From: Naegleria gruberi
Taxonomy: Eukaryota
Assembly (NCBI GenBank): GCA_000004985.1
Contig: GG739069.1
Reading direction: 5' to 3' (one strand)
Length of the DNA: 8,453 nucleotides
This document shows positions 6,959-8,453 of the stretch, piece by piece; the stretch's first letter is position 1; each line of letters starts with the position of its first letter. The notes below the pieces were generated by a model, which saw only the letters and a list, made by a program, of their open reading frames with translations, was not told the DNA's origin and did not search any database. The translations under genes were made by a program, and so were the position numbers.

Positions 6959-8453
6959 ATGTATAATCACTGTCATCAGCACAATGATACGTTTGATCGT
7001 GGTGATGATTGGAGCGAGAATTGTCCCGATTTTGCTCTCCTCTCTCCAACAAACAGTTCATTCAAAAATCTCTCCTCCGATATTATTTGTTATATTGTTT
7101 TTCAATATTTGGATTACAAAACAATTACAAGTTGTTTATTATTGAATAAGGAATATTATGGAAAGATTGCAAATAATAGATTTCTTTTTATTAATATGTA
7201 TAACGAGTTATTTATTAATAAGAGAATTGCATTATCATCAGTGCAACTACCAGTACTATTTAATTGTGTATCTTTCAGTTCAGCAAATAATGAGTTATCC
7301 AGTAATTGTGAGAGAATGCTTTTGCAATCTGGGAGAATGACAGATGAAAAATTGGAATGTATTAGAAAAAAGTGGCAAGAATCAATTTAGAAAATGACTC
7401 AACGCAGCACTAGTATTAAGAATGAAAAACAACTACTGTTGAATATTATCAAAAAGATTATCAAAGACAGATTGGATATTTTAAAATTCTTTAAAAATGA
7501 ATTGAAAAGTGCACAAATAGGAGATGGAAAAATGAGACCAGCAGTTGAACTGGTCAAGGAAACACAGGACATTATTGAAAAATTGAAAACTTTTGAAGAA
7601 TTATCGTTGAGCTATCCAAGTTCTAATTACTTTCATGAATCGTTTAATAATTATATAATAGAACAACAGGAAGCTTACGAACCAATTGAGTTGAATAATA
7701 TTATTTCCATACGAGGTTAGTTTCTTCTTCTTCTTTCAAGTTTGAAAAAATTTTATGTAGAAAATACCAAGTCAACCAATGATTATGTACGAAATTCCTG
7801 TTATACTTCTATTTCAATACTAAAATATTTCAAAAATCTTAAATTTCTCTATCTAGCTGGATATTGTGATTTTCAAGAGCCAGTTAAATTGAACAACTTG
7901 AAAGTATTAATTATAAGAACAGGAGTAATGGAAAATTCCATGTTACAATCAATTCTTAACTGCTCATTCCCACAATTGAAACATTTAGAATTATGGTTAG
8001 GGTCACCCTGTCAAATAAGAAGTAAAATGATCGACCTGTCACATTACAATAATGATATTACAGAAAAAAATTTAACAGAACTGCTTTCAGAATCAGATAA
8101 TGGAAAGTATCCAACATTAGAATATTTTGGTCTGAGAAATACTTATAATATTCCACAACTCTTACCACTTATTATGAAATCAAATATTGCAAAAAGAGTT
8201 AGAGTATTGGATTTATCATTATCAGGTTCAATAACAGAAAATGATGCTCTATTTATTGCAGAGCAAATCCAATTACAGAGAAAAGAATTCACATTGTTAG
8301 AATTTGTTGATTTGAGATATAATAATATTCAACTTGAAAATAATCCGAATAGGGATATCGTGATTCAACAAATTGAAGAGGAATTCAACAAAATAGGAAT
8401 TGCAGTTGATGTATCAAAATCTGATTATTGTAGAATGCAGAACATGAAATTGT
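6959..8453 (+). CDS. F-box / leucine-rich-repeat protein (SCF substrate-adaptor-like), 3'-partial. It runs off the right edge of the window and the reading frame contains two in-frame TAG codons (7388-7390, 7718-7720).
   Basis: ATG 6959 (context aaaaaaaaATGt) is the first ATG after an in-frame TAA at 6905-6907. One frame is then open for 498 codons to the window end, interrupted only by two TAGs. The N-terminal segment holds an F-box-like motif, FKNLSSDIICYIVFQYLDYKTITSCLLLNKEYYGKI. LRR-like peptide continues across the second TAG (...LKYFKNLKFLYLAGYCDF..LNNLKVLIIRTG..LKHLELWLGS..LEYFGLRNT..VRVLDLSLSGSITENDALFIAEQI..LEFVDLRYNNIQL). The track reports only the two complete pieces (6959..7390, 7394..7720). 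It omits the open frame from 7721 to beyond 8453 because it has no downstream stop inside the window. Track ORF 7158..7340 is an internal alternative frame. Confidence 0.6.

Noticed and set aside
7372-7390. Reading GTGGCAAGAA...TAG (also 6040-6058) as ultra-short GT...AG introns that would remove the TAGs.
   Set aside because: Each interval is 19 nt, not a multiple of 3, yet the reading frame is identical on both sides of each TAG. Splicing would break the frame rather than restore it. It is also far below spliceosomal intron size for fungi.
1-8453. Ciliate-type genetic code (TAA and TAG both Gln, TGA the only stop) as the explanation.
   Set aside because: There are no in-frame TAAs at all, which in ciliates outnumber TAG. 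TAA appears as the apparent terminator at 6614-6616. The coding GC content, A-rich Kozak contexts and fungal transcription-factor and F-box/LRR gene content look like yeast, not ciliate.
1-8453. Prokaryotic-style features (CRISPR arrays, operons, RBS, insertion-sequence inverted repeats).
   Set aside because: There are no direct-repeat arrays, no Shine-Dalgarno spacing and no inverted terminal repeats. Gene spacing, an intron-style signal, an A-box tRNA and poly(dA:dT) promoters are eukaryotic. The track's bacterial start-codon convention is an artefact of the ORF caller, not a property of the DNA.

Overview
This window looks like nuclear DNA from a compact, AT-rich budding-yeast-like (Saccharomycotina-type) genome. 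Intergenic DNA is A/T-rich, start codons sit in A-rich contexts, and the genes appear to lack introns. A 4115-nt run of N (1778-5892) removes about half the window, so only about 4.3 kb is readable.

From left to right the readable features are:
- A minus-strand gene running off the left edge (1-739). Its product carries a fungal-specific transcription-factor middle-homology region, including the motif ELYFTFICGIHPLIERAKL.
- A short Cys-rich, Zn-cluster-like ORF on the same strand (925-1134).
- A roughly 330-bp divergent promoter (1135-1465).
- The 5' end of a plus-strand gene with a Gly/Ala-rich N-terminus (1466-1777), which runs into the gap.
- The 3' end of a plus-strand gene leaving the gap (5893-6616), which terminates with TAA.
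- A tRNA-derived element (from 6631) in which only the 5' half, through a complete anticodon arm with anticodon GTT (Asn), is intact.
- A plus-strand F-box plus leucine-rich-repeat gene (6959 to beyond 8453) that runs off the right edge.

The most interesting observation is that four in-frame TAG codons (minus-strand 742-740; plus-strand 6056-6058, 7388-7390 and 7718-7720) interrupt long, otherwise uninterrupted, domain-coherent reading frames in three different genes. No TAA or TGA does this, and the only clear terminator in the window is a TAA. Two of the TAGs sit in an identical context: GTGGCAAGAA, then 6 nt, then TAG, which translates as W-Q-E-S-x-TAG. Either UAG is translated in this organism (reassigned or programmed readthrough), or these are nonsense alleles or errors in a draft assembly. 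No UAG-decoding tRNA is visible in the window.

The supplied ORF track has two artefacts. Ns are translated as X, which fuses everything across the gap into fake 1530-aa and 1388-aa ORFs. TTG is allowed as a start codon, and ORFs that run off the window edges are omitted.
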